Part shown: one piece after another, positions 43,772-54,729 of the stretch | Layout: each line of letters begins with the position of its first letter | Position numbering within the stretch: position 1 is the stretch's first letter | Assembly: GCA_963761035.1 (NCBI GenBank) | Contig: CAVXFH010000002.1 | Span: 1,930,915-1,994,914, forward strand | Direction of reading: 5' to 3' | DNA: 64,000 nt | DNA from: an uncultured Gammaproteobacteria bacterium | GTDB lineage: Bacteria; Pseudomonadota; Gammaproteobacteria; DRLM01 | Made by a program: the position numbers and the translations under genes | Notes under the pieces: model-generated | Database searches by the model: none | Told to the model about the DNA's origin: nothing | The model's input: only the letters and a program-made list of their open reading frames with translations

Positions 43772-45130
43772 ATGGAGCGGCTAATGACCACGGTTCAACA
43801 GGCGGTAAAGCAAAGCCAAGGCGATTTGCAGGACATCGTCGCCGCCATCCTCGCCGAGGCAAAACGTCAGGGGGCGAGCGCGGCGGAGGCGGGGGTAAAT
43901 GCCGAGAGCGGCTTGTCGGTGACGGTGCGCCTCGGCGAGGTGGAGACCGTGGAGCACAATCGTGATAAGGGTTTGGGCGTCACGGTGTATTTTGGGCAGC
44001 GCAAGGCCTCGGCCAGCACCTCGGATTTTTCCCGGGAGGCGATCCGCGAGACGGTGGCCGCCGCCTGCGCCATCGCCAAATACACCGCCGAGGACCCCTG
44101 CGCGGGTTTGGCGGATGCGGCGTTGATGGCCAGGGACATTCCCGATCTCGATCTACATTATCCCTGGGACGTCAGCGCCGAGCGCGCCATCGCCTTGGCG
44201 GAAGAGTGCGAAACGGCGGCGCGGGCGGTGGATAAGCGCATTACCAATTCGGAAGGGGCGACGGTGTCCAGCCATGCCGGTTATCGGGTGTACGGCAACA
44301 GCCACGGCTTCCTGGGGGCCTATCCCAGTTCGCGTCACAGCGTAAGCTGTGCGGTGATCGCCGATGACGGTCACGGCATGCAGCGCGATTATTGGTACAC
44401 GGCGGCGCGCGACAGCGATGATCTGGAAAATGTGCGCAGCGTCGGACAGCGCGCCGGCGCGCGTGCCCTGAAGCGCTTGGGCGGCCGGCGCCTGTCCACC
44501 CGCCAGGCGCCGGTGCTGCTGGTGGCGGAGGTGGCCGGCGGTCTGTTCGGCAATTTTATCCGCGCCATCCGCGGCGAGAGCCTGTACCGCAAGTCGTCGT
44601 TCCTGCTGGATAAGCTCGGGGAGGCGGTATTCCCCGCGTTCATGCATATTCATGAACAGCCGCATCTTAAAAAGGCCTTGGGCAGTTCGCCCTTCGACGG
44701 CGAGGGAGTGGCCACCCGCGCGCGGGATCTAATCAGCGGCGGCGTATTGAAATCCTACGTGTTGGACAGCTATGCGGCGCGCAAGCTCGATATGCAGACC
44801 ACCGGCAACGCCGGCGGCGTGCACAATCTCACCATCGATCCCGGCCCCCTGGACTACGCCGGTCTGTTAAAGGAGATGGGCACGGGTTTAGTGGTTACCG
44901 AGATGATGGGCATGGGGGTGAACATCGTTACCGGCGATTATTCGCGGGGCGCCGCCGGCTTCTGGGTGGAAAACGGCGCAATCCAGTATCCGGTGGAAGA
45001 GATTACCATCGCCGGCAATATGCGCGAGATGTTCAAGGGTATCGCGGCGGTGGGCAGCGACGTGGACATCCGCGGCAATACCCGCACCGGTTCGGTGTTG
45101 ATCGAACGCATGACCATCGCCGGGACCTGA
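43772..45130 (+). CDS. pmbA: Metalloprotease PmbA (TldE)
   Basis: 452 aa (E. coli 450). TldD/PmbA fold. Normally adjacent to yjgA. Confidence 0.95.
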   Translation: MERLMTTVQQAVKQSQGDLQDIVAAILAEAKRQGASAAEAGVNAESGLSVTVRLGEVETVEHNRDKGLGVTVYFGQRKASASTSDFSREAIRETVAAACAIAKYTAEDPCAGLADAALMARDIPDLDLHYPWDVSAERAIALAEECETAARAVDKRITNSEGATVSSHAGYRVYGNSHGFLGAYPSSRHSVSCAVIADDGHGMQRDYWYTAARDSDDLENVRSVGQRAGARALKRLGGRRLSTRQAPVLLVAEVAGGLFGNFIRAIRGESLYRKSSFLLDKLGEAVFPAFMHIHEQPHLKKALGSSPFDGEGVATRARDLISGGVLKSYVLDSYAARKLDMQTTGNAGGVHNLTIDPGPLDYAGLLKEMGTGLVVTEMMGMGVNIVTGDYSRGAAGFWVENGAIQYPVEEITIAGNMREMFKGIAAVGSDVDIRGNTRTGSVLIERMTIAGT

Positions 45131-45154
45131 TGCCGTTTCGGACCGCCAAACTTT

Positions 45155-45373
45155 TTGGGTAATGCCATGAACAAGGGCAAGCTGACGTTGATTCTGGTGT
45201 TGGTGGGGCTGGTGGCGCTGTTCACCCTGCAGAATACCCAGGTGGTGGAGGTGCGGTTGTTATTTTGGACGCTCTCCATGTCGCGGGTGTTGCTGATTTT
45301 CCTGTTGCTGATCATCGGCGCCTTGTTCGGGTGGCTGGGGTGCGGCGCGTCACGGCGCCGCAGCCGGCATTAA
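45155..45373 (+). CDS. DUF1049 (LapA-domain) small membrane protein
   Basis: 72 aa, two TM segments, conserved 'L.QN...V.V.LLFW' pattern. Confidence 0.5.
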   Translation: MGNAMNKGKLTLILVLVGLVALFTLQNTQVVEVRLLFWTLSMSRVLLIFLLLIIGALFGWLGCGASRRRSRH

Positions 45374-46425
45374 AACCATTTTTTGCGCCTGAAGTACAGC
45401 AGCATCCCGCCGATCATGACGATGATCATCAACCACACCAGGAGATAACCGTAGCGCCAGCGCAATTCAGGCATGTCGGTGAAGTTCATGCCGTACACGC
45501 CCACCAGAAACGTGGGAGGGATGAAGAGGGTGGCGATAACGGTGAGTACCCGCATCACTTCATTGAGGCGGTTACTGATGCTGGATAGATACACGTCCAT
45601 CATGCCGGCGGTCATGTCACGATAGGATTCGAACAGGTCCATGATCTGGACCATGTGATCGTAGCAATCGCGCAGGTAGGGCCGGGTAGTTTCCTGAATC
45701 AGGGATTGGTCTTCGCGCAGCAGTTGATTGATCACTTCCCGCTGCGGCCACAACATGCGGCGCAACAGCAGCAGGGCGCGCTTCAATTCGTGGATCTGCG
45801 CCAGTATCTCTCGGGACGGTTTACCAAGCAGTTCGTCTTCCAGGTCCTCGATCCATTCGCCCAGGTTTTCAAGGATGGGAAAACCTTGATCGATGATGAT
45901 GTCGAGTAATGCATATAACAGGTAATCGGCCCCGCGGCCGCGCATACGCGCGCCGCTGGTGCGCAGGCGTTTGCGCACCGGCTCGAAGGGGTCGTGATCG
46001 CCTTTATAAAAACTGATAACGTAGTTCTTGCCGAAGAACAGGCTGACTTGTTCGGTCGTCAATTCCTCGTTGCGCCATAGCGGCATGCTCATGATCACGA
46101 ACAGTTGACGGTCATAGTTCTCCAGCTTGGGGCGCTGGCCGGTGTTGAGCACGTCCTCCAGCGCCAGGGGATGCAGGCCGAAGGTATCCCCTAATTCTTT
46201 GAGCAAATCCGGAGAGGCGTAGCCATGGGCGTGTATCCAGGTGATGCCCGCCTTTGCCAGCGAGGCCTTACATTCGACAGCAGAGATGTCATCCGATTCG
46301 CTCAAGGTAGTGGCGTCGTATTCCATCAACAGAAGTTTGAGGGGTTGCGCGGACACGCTCTCATCGACGGTCAAGGTGCCGGGGGCGGTGCCGGGCGGAT
46401 GATAACGTTTGGTGAAATAAGCCAA
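45370..46425 (-). CDS. corA: Magnesium/cobalt transporter CorA
   Basis: 'YGMNFTDMPEL' GMN motif. 351 aa from a TTG start preceded by AGGAGA SD. The 596-aa ORF-track call is an artefact running antisense into mlaF. Confidence 0.85.
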   Translation of the reverse strand: MAYFTKRYHPPGTAPGTLTVDESVSAQPLKLLLMEYDATTLSESDDISAVECKASLAKAGITWIHAHGYASPDLLKELGDTFGLHPLALEDVLNTGQRPKLENYDRQLFVIMSMPLWRNEELTTEQVSLFFGKNYVISFYKGDHDPFEPVRKRLRTSGARMRGRGADYLLYALLDIIIDQGFPILENLGEWIEDLEDELLGKPSREILAQIHELKRALLLLRRMLWPQREVINQLLREDQSLIQETTRPYLRDCYDHMVQIMDLFESYRDMTAGMMDVYLSSISNRLNEVMRVLTVIATLFIPPTFLVGVYGMNFTDMPELRWRYGYLLVWLMIIVMIGGMLLYFRRKKWF

Positions 46426-46545
46426 GTTGCCTCTCCTGTAAGATGAGCATGATAGCCAGTTGCGGCTCTTCCGGGTATCCTTATCGCCTGCGCTGCCGGT
46501 CGTCCGGGGACGGGTAGTGCGGAACCAAGGAGATCGACAAAAATA

Positions 46546-47364
46546 ATGAAGGCGCAAGGTGGCGAAACCCTGTTGGTGGAGATACGCGGCCTGAAGTTCG
46601 CGCGCGGTGCGCGCGTGGTATTCGACGGCGTGGATATCGACATCCCGCGCGGTAAGGTGACGGCTATCATGGGCCCCAGCGGCACCGGCAAGACCACCTT
46701 GCTCAAACTCATCGGCGGTCAGTTGCGGCCCCAGGCCGGTTTCATCAAGATGGACGGACAGGATGTCCACATGCTGCGCCATCGCGATCTTTACGAATTG
46801 CGCAAACGCATGGGTATGCTGTTCCAGAGCGGCGCACTGCTCACCGATTTGAATGTATTCGATAACGTGGCCTTTCCGCTGCGCGAGCATACCCGGTTGC
46901 CGGAGGTTATGATCCGCGACCTGGTGCTGATGAAACTTCACGCGGTGGGTCTGCGCGGCGCCCGCGATCTGTTGATCAGCGAATTGTCGGGGGGTATGGC
47001 GCGGCGGGTGGCCTTGGCGCGGGCCATTGCCCTGGACCCCATGATGATCATGTACGACGAGCCCTTCACCGGCCTGGATCCCATTTCCAAGGGGGCCATC
47101 GTCCAGTTGATTCACCAATTGAACGACGCGCTGGGCCTGACCAGCATCATCGTATCCCACGATGTGCGGGAAACGGCGGAGATCTCCGACTATATATATG
47201 TGTTGTCAGGGGGCAAGGTGGTGGGACAGGGTGAGCCGGCGTCCTTGCAGGACACCGATTCCCAGTGGGTCCGGCAATTTATGCATGGCTTGCCGGATGG
47301 ACCCGTGCCGTTCCACTATCCCGCGGAGGATTACGCGACGGACCTCCTGGCGGGTAACGGCTGA
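46546..47364 (+). CDS. mlaF: Phospholipid ABC transporter ATP-binding protein MlaF
   Basis: Walker A 'GPSGTGKTT', ABC signature '[14 protein letters not shown]'. 272 aa. Confidence 0.9.
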   Translation: MKAQGGETLLVEIRGLKFARGARVVFDGVDIDIPRGKVTAIMGPSGTGKTTLLKLIGGQLRPQAGFIKMDGQDVHMLRHRDLYELRKRMGMLFQSGALLTDLNVFDNVAFPLREHTRLPEVMIRDLVLMKLHAVGLRGARDLLISELSGGMARRVALARAIALDPMMIMYDEPFTGLDPISKGAIVQLIHQLNDALGLTSIIVSHDVRETAEISDYIYVLSGGKVVGQGEPASLQDTDSQWVRQFMHGLPDGPVPFHYPAEDYATDLLAGNG

Positions 47365-48146
47365 TGGTGAAGTGGCTGGCGCGACTGGGCCGCTCGGGAC
47401 TCGCATTTTTCGAACGCTTAGGCAGGGGACATCTGTTTCTGTTGCAGATACTGGCCGGTGTTCCAAGCCTGTTGCTGCGCCCGCGGCTGGTGATACAACA
47501 GGTCTATTCCATCGGGGTGTTGTCCCTGATCATTATTGTGGTTTCCGGTTTGTTCGTGGGTATGGTGCTGGGGTTGCAGGGGTACAATACTCTGGTGGAT
47601 TTCGGGGCCGCGCAATCGCTGGGGGTGGTGGTGGCCTTGTCCCTGGTGCGCGAGTTGGGACCGGTAGTGGCGGCGCTGTTGTACGGCGGTCGCGCCGGCT
47701 CGGCCTTGGCTGCCGAGATCGGATTGATGAAGGCCACCGAACAACTGTCGGGGATGGAAATGATGGCGGTGGACCCGATAAACCGGGTTATCGCGCCGCG
47801 TTTTCTGGCCGGGGCCATCTCCATGCCGTTGCTGGCGGCTATCTTCAGCGCGGTGGGGGTATGGGGTGGTTATTTCGTGGGGGTGGGACTGCTGGGAGTG
47901 GACGAAGGCGCTTTCTGGTCCCAGATGCAGGCTCATGTGGATTGGCACGACGATGTGTTGAACGGTGTGATCAAGAGCATGGTGTTCGGGGTGGTGGCTA
48001 CCTGGATCGCGGTATTCGAGGGGTATGATGCCGTGCCGACTTCGGAGGGAGTGAGCCGCGCCACCACCCGTACCGTGGTGCATACCGCCCTGGCGGTTTT
48101 GGGATTGGATTTCGTGTTGACGGCCTTAATGTTCGGTAACGATTGA
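47364..48146 (+). CDS. mlaE: Phospholipid ABC transporter permease MlaE
   Basis: 260 aa (E. coli 260), polytopic. ATGA overlap with mlaF. Confidence 0.9.
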   Translation: MVKWLARLGRSGLAFFERLGRGHLFLLQILAGVPSLLLRPRLVIQQVYSIGVLSLIIIVVSGLFVGMVLGLQGYNTLVDFGAAQSLGVVVALSLVRELGPVVAALLYGGRAGSALAAEIGLMKATEQLSGMEMMAVDPINRVIAPRFLAGAISMPLLAAIFSAVGVWGGYFVGVGLLGVDEGAFWSQMQAHVDWHDDVLNGVIKSMVFGVVATWIAVFEGYDAVPTSEGVSRATTRTVVHTALAVLGLDFVLTALMFGND

Positions 48147-48147
48147 T

Positions 48148-48618
48148 ATGAGACAGACGACGACGGTGGAGATCTTGGTGGGAGCATTCGTGGCGGCCGG
48201 CTTGGCGGCCTTATTCGTGCTCGCCATGAAGGTGAGCAATATCAGCACCCTCAATAACCAGCAGGGATACGAAGTTACGGCCTATTTTGAAAACGTCGGC
48301 GGTTTGAAAGTGCGCTCACCCGTGACGGCATCGGGGGTGAACGTGGGCCGGGTGGCCGATATCCGTTATGACGACAAGTTGTTCGAGGCATTGGTAACGC
48401 TCAAGCTTAGCCCCGATTACCATTTCCCGGTGGACAGCAGCGCCAGTATTTTCACTTCCGGACTATTGGGCGAGCAATATGTGGGCTTGGAGCCCGGCGG
48501 CGCGGAGGTAAATCTCAAGGAAGGTGACCGTATCCAGCACACCCAGAAGGCGCTGATACTTGAACAGATCATCAGCCAGGTGTTGTTCAGCAAGGCGACG
48601 GAAGGGAACACCAAGTGA
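48148..48618 (+). CDS. mlaD: MCE-domain periplasmic substrate-binding protein MlaD
   Basis: N-terminal TM anchor plus MCE domain ('YEVTAYFENVGGLKVRSPVTASGVNVGRV'). Confidence 0.85.
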   Translation: MRQTTTVEILVGAFVAAGLAALFVLAMKVSNISTLNNQQGYEVTAYFENVGGLKVRSPVTASGVNVGRVADIRYDDKLFEALVTLKLSPDYHFPVDSSASIFTSGLLGEQYVGLEPGGAEVNLKEGDRIQHTQKALILEQIISQVLFSKATEGNTK

Positions 48619-49970
48619 GACGAGCGATCGTTGCGCTTTGTTTTATGGCGGTGTGCTGCAGCGTGTCCCGCGCCGAGAGCGTGGACCTGGACCAGGCCGT
48701 GGCGCGCGCCCTCAATCACGATCCGCGCATTGAAGAAGTAGACCATTTGGTGGATGCGGCCCGCGCCTTGGTGGATGAGGCGAAGGGCCATAATGATTGG
48801 TCCGTGGACATGAATGCCTTTTTGGGCTTGGCCCCCTCGGTGAACGGCGGCCTGTTTGAAAACGGCACTTGCACCTCCGACAATTGTAACCTTCGGTCGG
48901 ACGAATTCGACATCAACGGGCTCTCCCCGTGGGTCAATATCACCTTATCGGTCATTAAGCCGCTGTACACCTTCGGCAAGATTGAAGACTATACCGAAGC
49001 GGCGCGTGCCAACGTCATCGTCAAACAAGGTGACGTGCGTTTGCGCCGCGGCGAAACCATTTTGGAGGTGAAGCGCGCCTATTACGGGTTTCTCGCCGCG
49101 CGCGACAGCCGCTTGCTATTGGAGGACGTAAAGCGCCGCGTCGACGGTTCCGTCGAGATGGTGCAACGCTGGTTGGACGAAGGAAACGGCAATGTGCGGC
49201 AATCGGATCTATTCGCCCTGCAAACGGGCTCGGCATTGATAGGTCGCTACCTGGCGGAGGCGATAACCACGGAACAAGTGGCGCTGGACGGTCTCAAAGT
49301 ATTGACGGGTGCGGGCTTGAGTAGCGATCTGATGGTGGCGGATAAGGCCATCGTTCCGGTGCCCCTGCCGCAAATGGATCTTGCGGCGCTGCAACAGCAA
49401 GCCATGGAGCACCGTCCCGAGATGGCGCAGGTGGAGGCGGGATTGCGGGCGCGGCGATCATTAGTCGAGGCAAATAAGGCCGGTGGACGGCCCAATCTCT
49501 ATGCGGGCGTGGCATCGATTTTGTCATATGCGTCCAATCGTACCAAGCTCGATAATCCCTTGATCTACGATCCGTTCAATACCTTTGGCCTAACCCCCCT
49601 GGTGGGCATCAAGTGGGACTGGACGGGCGATGTCCAGTCGGCGCAGATCGAGAAAGCGGAGGCGGAGCTGAATGCATTGATCTCGAAATCCGCGGTGGCG
49701 CGGGAAGGTATTCCCTTCCAGGTGGCGGAGCAATATCACCAGGTATTGGGTAACCATGATGCCGTTACACAGCTGGCGGACGCCAGCCGTGCGGCGCGGC
49801 GTTGGATGATCGCGAATTTCGCCGATTTCGAGGCCGGCATGCAGAGCGGCGATAAGGTGGTGACGGCCTTTCAGGGATATGTCTTGGCGTACAGCGATTA
49901 TTTGAAGACCGTGTTCGATTACAATATGCATGTGGCGCAATTGTTGAATGTCACGGGAGTCGATCAATGA
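48615..49970 (+). CDS. TolC-like outer-membrane factor (OMF family) protein inserted in the mla operon
   Basis: 451 aa, signal peptide. Two OMF repeat halves each starting 'L..A...AL..dP.i......v..A.'. 4-nt overlaps with mlaD upstream and mlaC downstream. Confidence 0.75.
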   Translation: MRRAIVALCFMAVCCSVSRAESVDLDQAVARALNHDPRIEEVDHLVDAARALVDEAKGHNDWSVDMNAFLGLAPSVNGGLFENGTCTSDNCNLRSDEFDINGLSPWVNITLSVIKPLYTFGKIEDYTEAARANVIVKQGDVRLRRGETILEVKRAYYGFLAARDSRLLLEDVKRRVDGSVEMVQRWLDEGNGNVRQSDLFALQTGSALIGRYLAEAITTEQVALDGLKVLTGAGLSSDLMVADKAIVPVPLPQMDLAALQQQAMEHRPEMAQVEAGLRARRSLVEANKAGGRPNLYAGVASILSYASNRTKLDNPLIYDPFNTFGLTPLVGIKWDWTGDVQSAQIEKAEAELNALISKSAVAREGIPFQVAEQYHQVLGNHDAVTQLADASRAARRWMIANFADFEAGMQSGDKVVTAFQGYVLAYSDYLKTVFDYNMHVAQLLNVTGVDQ

Positions 49971-50578
49971 AACGGTGGGTGAGCGGGTTGCTATGCGGCC
50001 TGTGGCTGGCGGGGAGCGGTGCGGCGTTGGCCATTCAGTCGCCGCAGGTTTTGGTGCAGCAGACCGCGGATCAGATGTTGGGCAAATTGCGCGCCGAGCG
50101 CCAAGTCATCGATCAACATCCCGGCCGAATCTATGATTTGGTCGACGAGATCGTGTTGCCCCATTTCGATTTCGAACGGATGTCCCAATGGGTACTGGGC
50201 AAGTACTGGCGCAGCGCGACGCCGGATCAGCGCAAGCGCTTCGTTGATGAGTTCCGTAATCTGCTGGTCCGTACCTACGCCAAATCCCTGTCGTCATACC
50301 AAGATAACAAGATTACGTATCTGCCCCTGCGTTCGACCCCGCAGGATACCGACGTCAAGGTGCGTACCGAGGTGGATCAGCCGGGCGGTTTTCCCATCCC
50401 CATCGATTACAGCCTCTATCTAAAGGGCGACGAGTGGAAGGTGTATGACGTCACCATCGACGGCGTCAGTCTGGTGACCAATTACCGCACCACCTTCGCC
50501 AATCAGATTCGTCAGAATGGCTTGGATAAATTGATCGCCACCCTCGCGGATCGCAACAAACAGGACATCGCACAGTGA
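49967..50578 (+). CDS. mlaC: Periplasmic phospholipid-binding protein MlaC (Ttg2D)
   Basis: 203 aa, signal peptide. 'LVDEIVLPHFDFERMSQWVLGKYWR' MlaC signature. Confidence 0.85.
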   Translation: MKRWVSGLLCGLWLAGSGAALAIQSPQVLVQQTADQMLGKLRAERQVIDQHPGRIYDLVDEIVLPHFDFERMSQWVLGKYWRSATPDQRKRFVDEFRNLLVRTYAKSLSSYQDNKITYLPLRSTPQDTDVKVRTEVDQPGGFPIPIDYSLYLKGDEWKVYDVTIDGVSLVTNYRTTFANQIRQNGLDKLIATLADRNKQDIAQ

Positions 50579-50889
50579 GCGACGCCGCCATTGCGTCGCG
50601 CGGCGCCGGTCGTTATGCGCTTACCGGTGATTTGACCTTTGCCACGGTTCCCGATCTCTGGCGTAACCGTAGTAGCGGCGTCTTCGGCAAGGATGCGGCG
50701 GTGCGCTTGGATTTGTCGGGCATCTTTCGCGTCGATAGCGCCGGGATTGCCCTGCTCATAGAATTTACCCGTACCGTCCGGAATTACGGCGGCACCATCC
50801 TCTTGGAACAGGCTCCGCCGCAGCTCATGGCCATCGCGACCGTCAGCGGTTTGGACGAGGTATTGCCCTTTGCGCGTAACACCGGTTAG
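50575..50889 (+). CDS. mlaB: STAS-domain protein MlaB
   Basis: 104 aa STAS/anti-sigma-antagonist fold. 4-nt overlap with mlaC. Confidence 0.75.
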   Translation: MSDAAIASRGAGRYALTGDLTFATVPDLWRNRSSGVFGKDAAVRLDLSGIFRVDSAGIALLIEFTRTVRNYGGTILLEQAPPQLMAIATVSGLDEVLPFARNTG

Positions 50890-50971
50890 GTGAGGAATTT
50901 ATCCTTACAAGGCTGACAATGACCCGGCTTAGCAGGTATGCTGTTAAGCCATGCACACACCCGAGACGTTG

Positions 50972-51223
50972 ATGATCTTTATGCGGCCCGAAGAAATACA
51001 ATCCATGATTGAACACGGCTTGCCCGGGGCCGAGGCGCAGGTTACGGGCGACGGACGTCATTTTGACGCGGTTGTGATCGCGGACGTATTTGCCGAGAAG
51101 AGCCTGTTGGAGCAGCATCGTCTGGTGTATGCCGCCTTGGGCGGGAAGATGGGAGGCGACATCCATGCCTTGACCATGCGCACCTATACCCGGGCACAAT
51201 GGGAACGGCAGGCAAATTCCTAA
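50972..51223 (+). CDS. ibaG: BolA-family protein IbaG (YrbA)
   Basis: 'EEIQSMIEHGLPGAEAQVTGDGRHFDAVVI' aligns with E. coli IbaG '[30 protein letters not shown]'. Start codon ambiguous (50951/50972/50981). Confidence 0.7.
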   Translation: MIFMRPEEIQSMIEHGLPGAEAQVTGDGRHFDAVVIADVFAEKSLLEQHRLVYAALGGKMGGDIHALTMRTYTRAQWERQANS

Positions 51224-52570
<1,347 letters not shown>

Positions 52571-52630
52571 GACCGAGCGGCGCTGACAGCGGCCAACTTG
52601 CATCGACTGTTCCTTTGCCGATAACGATTT

Positions 52631-53281
52631 ATGATTAACGTGCTCACCATTGCGGTATCCAAGGGGCGAATATTTAAAGAGGCTTTGCCATTGCTGGCCG
52701 CCGCCGGCATCGTTCCCCAGGAGGACCCGGCCACCAGCCGCAAACTCGTCCTGCCCACCAATCAAGCTGACGTAAATCTGATCGTTATCCGCGCCACCGA
52801 TGTGCCTACCTATGTGGAATACGGGGCCGCCGATCTCGGCATAGCCGGTAAGGATGTCTTGATGGAATACGAAGGGGACGGTTTGTACGAGCCCCTGGAT
52901 CTCAAGATTGCCCGGTGCCGCATGATGCTGGCCGGACCGCGGCGGGCAATGACGGAGGGGGCGCGCTTGCGTATCGCCACCAAGTATGTGACCTCCACCC
53001 GTCGTTATTTCGCCGAGCAGGGAAAACAGGTCGAGATCATCAAACTCTACGGTTCCATGGAACTGGCACCCTTGGTGAAGTTGGCGGATCTGATCGTGGA
53101 TCTGGTGGATACCGGCAGCACCCTGCGCGCCAATGGTTTGGAGCCCCTGGAACATATCGCCGACATCAGCTCGCGCCTGATTGTGAATAAGGCGGCCATG
53201 AAAATGAAGCATGACCGGGTCACGGCCTTCATCGACCGCATGGCGGAGGCCGTGGAAAAGAAAGTTACGGGCGGAAGATAA
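52631..53281 (+). CDS. hisG: ATP phosphoribosyltransferase, short form (HisGS)
   Basis: 216 aa short-form HisG lacking the C-terminal regulatory domain. Confidence 0.9.
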   Translation: MINVLTIAVSKGRIFKEALPLLAAAGIVPQEDPATSRKLVLPTNQADVNLIVIRATDVPTYVEYGAADLGIAGKDVLMEYEGDGLYEPLDLKIARCRMMLAGPRRAMTEGARLRIATKYVTSTRRYFAEQGKQVEIIKLYGSMELAPLVKLADLIVDLVDTGSTLRANGLEPLEHIADISSRLIVNKAAMKMKHDRVTAFIDRMAEAVEKKVTGGR

Positions 53282-53304
53282 CCGGCAGACTAGAGCGCAT
53301 CGCG

Positions 53305-54615
53305 ATGAGTGCCATCTCCATTAAGCGGTTGAACAGTACCCGGACGGATTTCTGGCCGAGCTTGGAGCAATTATTGGCGTGGGAGTCGGAATCCGACGCC
53401 GTAGTGGCGAAGACGGTGGAGGGGATACTCGCCGACGTGCGCCGGCGCGGCGATGCTGCGGTGATCGAATATACCAACCGCTTCGATCGCATGCAGGCGC
53501 GCGATATGCAGGAACTGGAAATTCCCGCTGCGCGTTTGCACGATGCCTTGGCCGGTATACCCGCCGCGACACGCAGCGCCTTGGAAATCGCGGCGCAACG
53601 TCTACAGACGTATCACCGGCATCAAAAACAAGAGACTTGGAGCTACACCGAGGCCGACGGCACCCTGCTGGGGCAACAGGTGACGCCCTTGGATCGGGTG
53701 GGTCTCTATGTGCCCGGCGGCAAGGCGGCCTATCCGTCGTCGGTATTGATGAACGCCATCCCCGCCAAGGTGGCGGGGGTGCGCGAACTCGTGATGGTGG
53801 TACCTACGCCAGACGGTGAGTCGAATGAGTTGGTGTTGGCGGCGGCCTCCCTGGCGGGTGTCGACCGGGTGATTGCCGTGGGCGGCGCGCAAGCCGTGGC
53901 GGCCTTGGCATACGGCACCCGGACCATTCCGCGGGTCGATAAGATCGTCGGGCCAGGTAATATCTATGTGGCCACCGCCAAACGCATGGTATTCGGCGAG
54001 GTGGGGATCGACATGGTGGCGGGACCTTCGGAAATTCTCATCATCTGCGACGGTAAAACCTCGCCGGATTGGATTGCCATGGACTTGTTTTCCCAAGCCG
54101 AGCATGACGAGGACGCGCAATCGATCCTGCTGTGTCCCGATGCGGCCTATCTGGATAAGGTGCAGGACAGCATCGCGCGATTATTGCCGGGGATGGAGCG
54201 CGCTATCATTATCGAGAAGTCGTTGTGCGCGCGCGGGGCCCTGATCCAGGTGCGCGACCTGGCGGAAGCGGTCGAGGTGGCCAATTTCATCTCGCCGGAA
54301 CACCTGGAGTTGTCGGTGGCGGATCCGGAGGCATTGGTGAAGCACATCCGCAATGCCGGCGCTATCTTCATGGGGCGTTATACCGCCGAGGCGGTGGGCG
54401 ATTATTGCGCGGGGCCCAATCATGTTCTGCCGACATCGCGCACCGCGCGTTTTTCTTCGCCGTTGGGCGTGTATGATTTTCAGAAGCGTTCCAGTTTGAT
54501 CATGTGTTCGCCCGAGGGTGCGCGTACGCTGGGCGGCACCGCTTCCCTGTTGGCGCGCGGCGAGGGCCTGACCGCGCATGCCCGTTCCGCCGAGTATCGC
54601 GTGGAGGCCGAGTGA
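53305..54615 (+). CDS. hisD: Histidinol dehydrogenase
   Basis: 436 aa. '[14 protein letters not shown]' and 'SPEHLEL' HisD motifs. Confidence 0.95.
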   Translation: MSAISIKRLNSTRTDFWPSLEQLLAWESESDAVVAKTVEGILADVRRRGDAAVIEYTNRFDRMQARDMQELEIPAARLHDALAGIPAATRSALEIAAQRLQTYHRHQKQETWSYTEADGTLLGQQVTPLDRVGLYVPGGKAAYPSSVLMNAIPAKVAGVRELVMVVPTPDGESNELVLAAASLAGVDRVIAVGGAQAVAALAYGTRTIPRVDKIVGPGNIYVATAKRMVFGEVGIDMVAGPSEILIICDGKTSPDWIAMDLFSQAEHDEDAQSILLCPDAAYLDKVQDSIARLLPGMERAIIIEKSLCARGALIQVRDLAEAVEVANFISPEHLELSVADPEALVKHIRNAGAIFMGRYTAEAVGDYCAGPNHVLPTSRTARFSSPLGVYDFQKRSSLIMCSPEGARTLGGTASLLARGEGLTAHARSAEYRVEAE

Positions 54616-54729
54616 TATGAAATTCGCGCAGCGAAGCATGCGCTCCCTCTCCCTCCTGGAGAGGGATGGGGTGAGGGAAGTAGGCGCGACGGAAAGCTAT
54701 CCTCAGATGTGGTTACTCGGGATCGTTAA

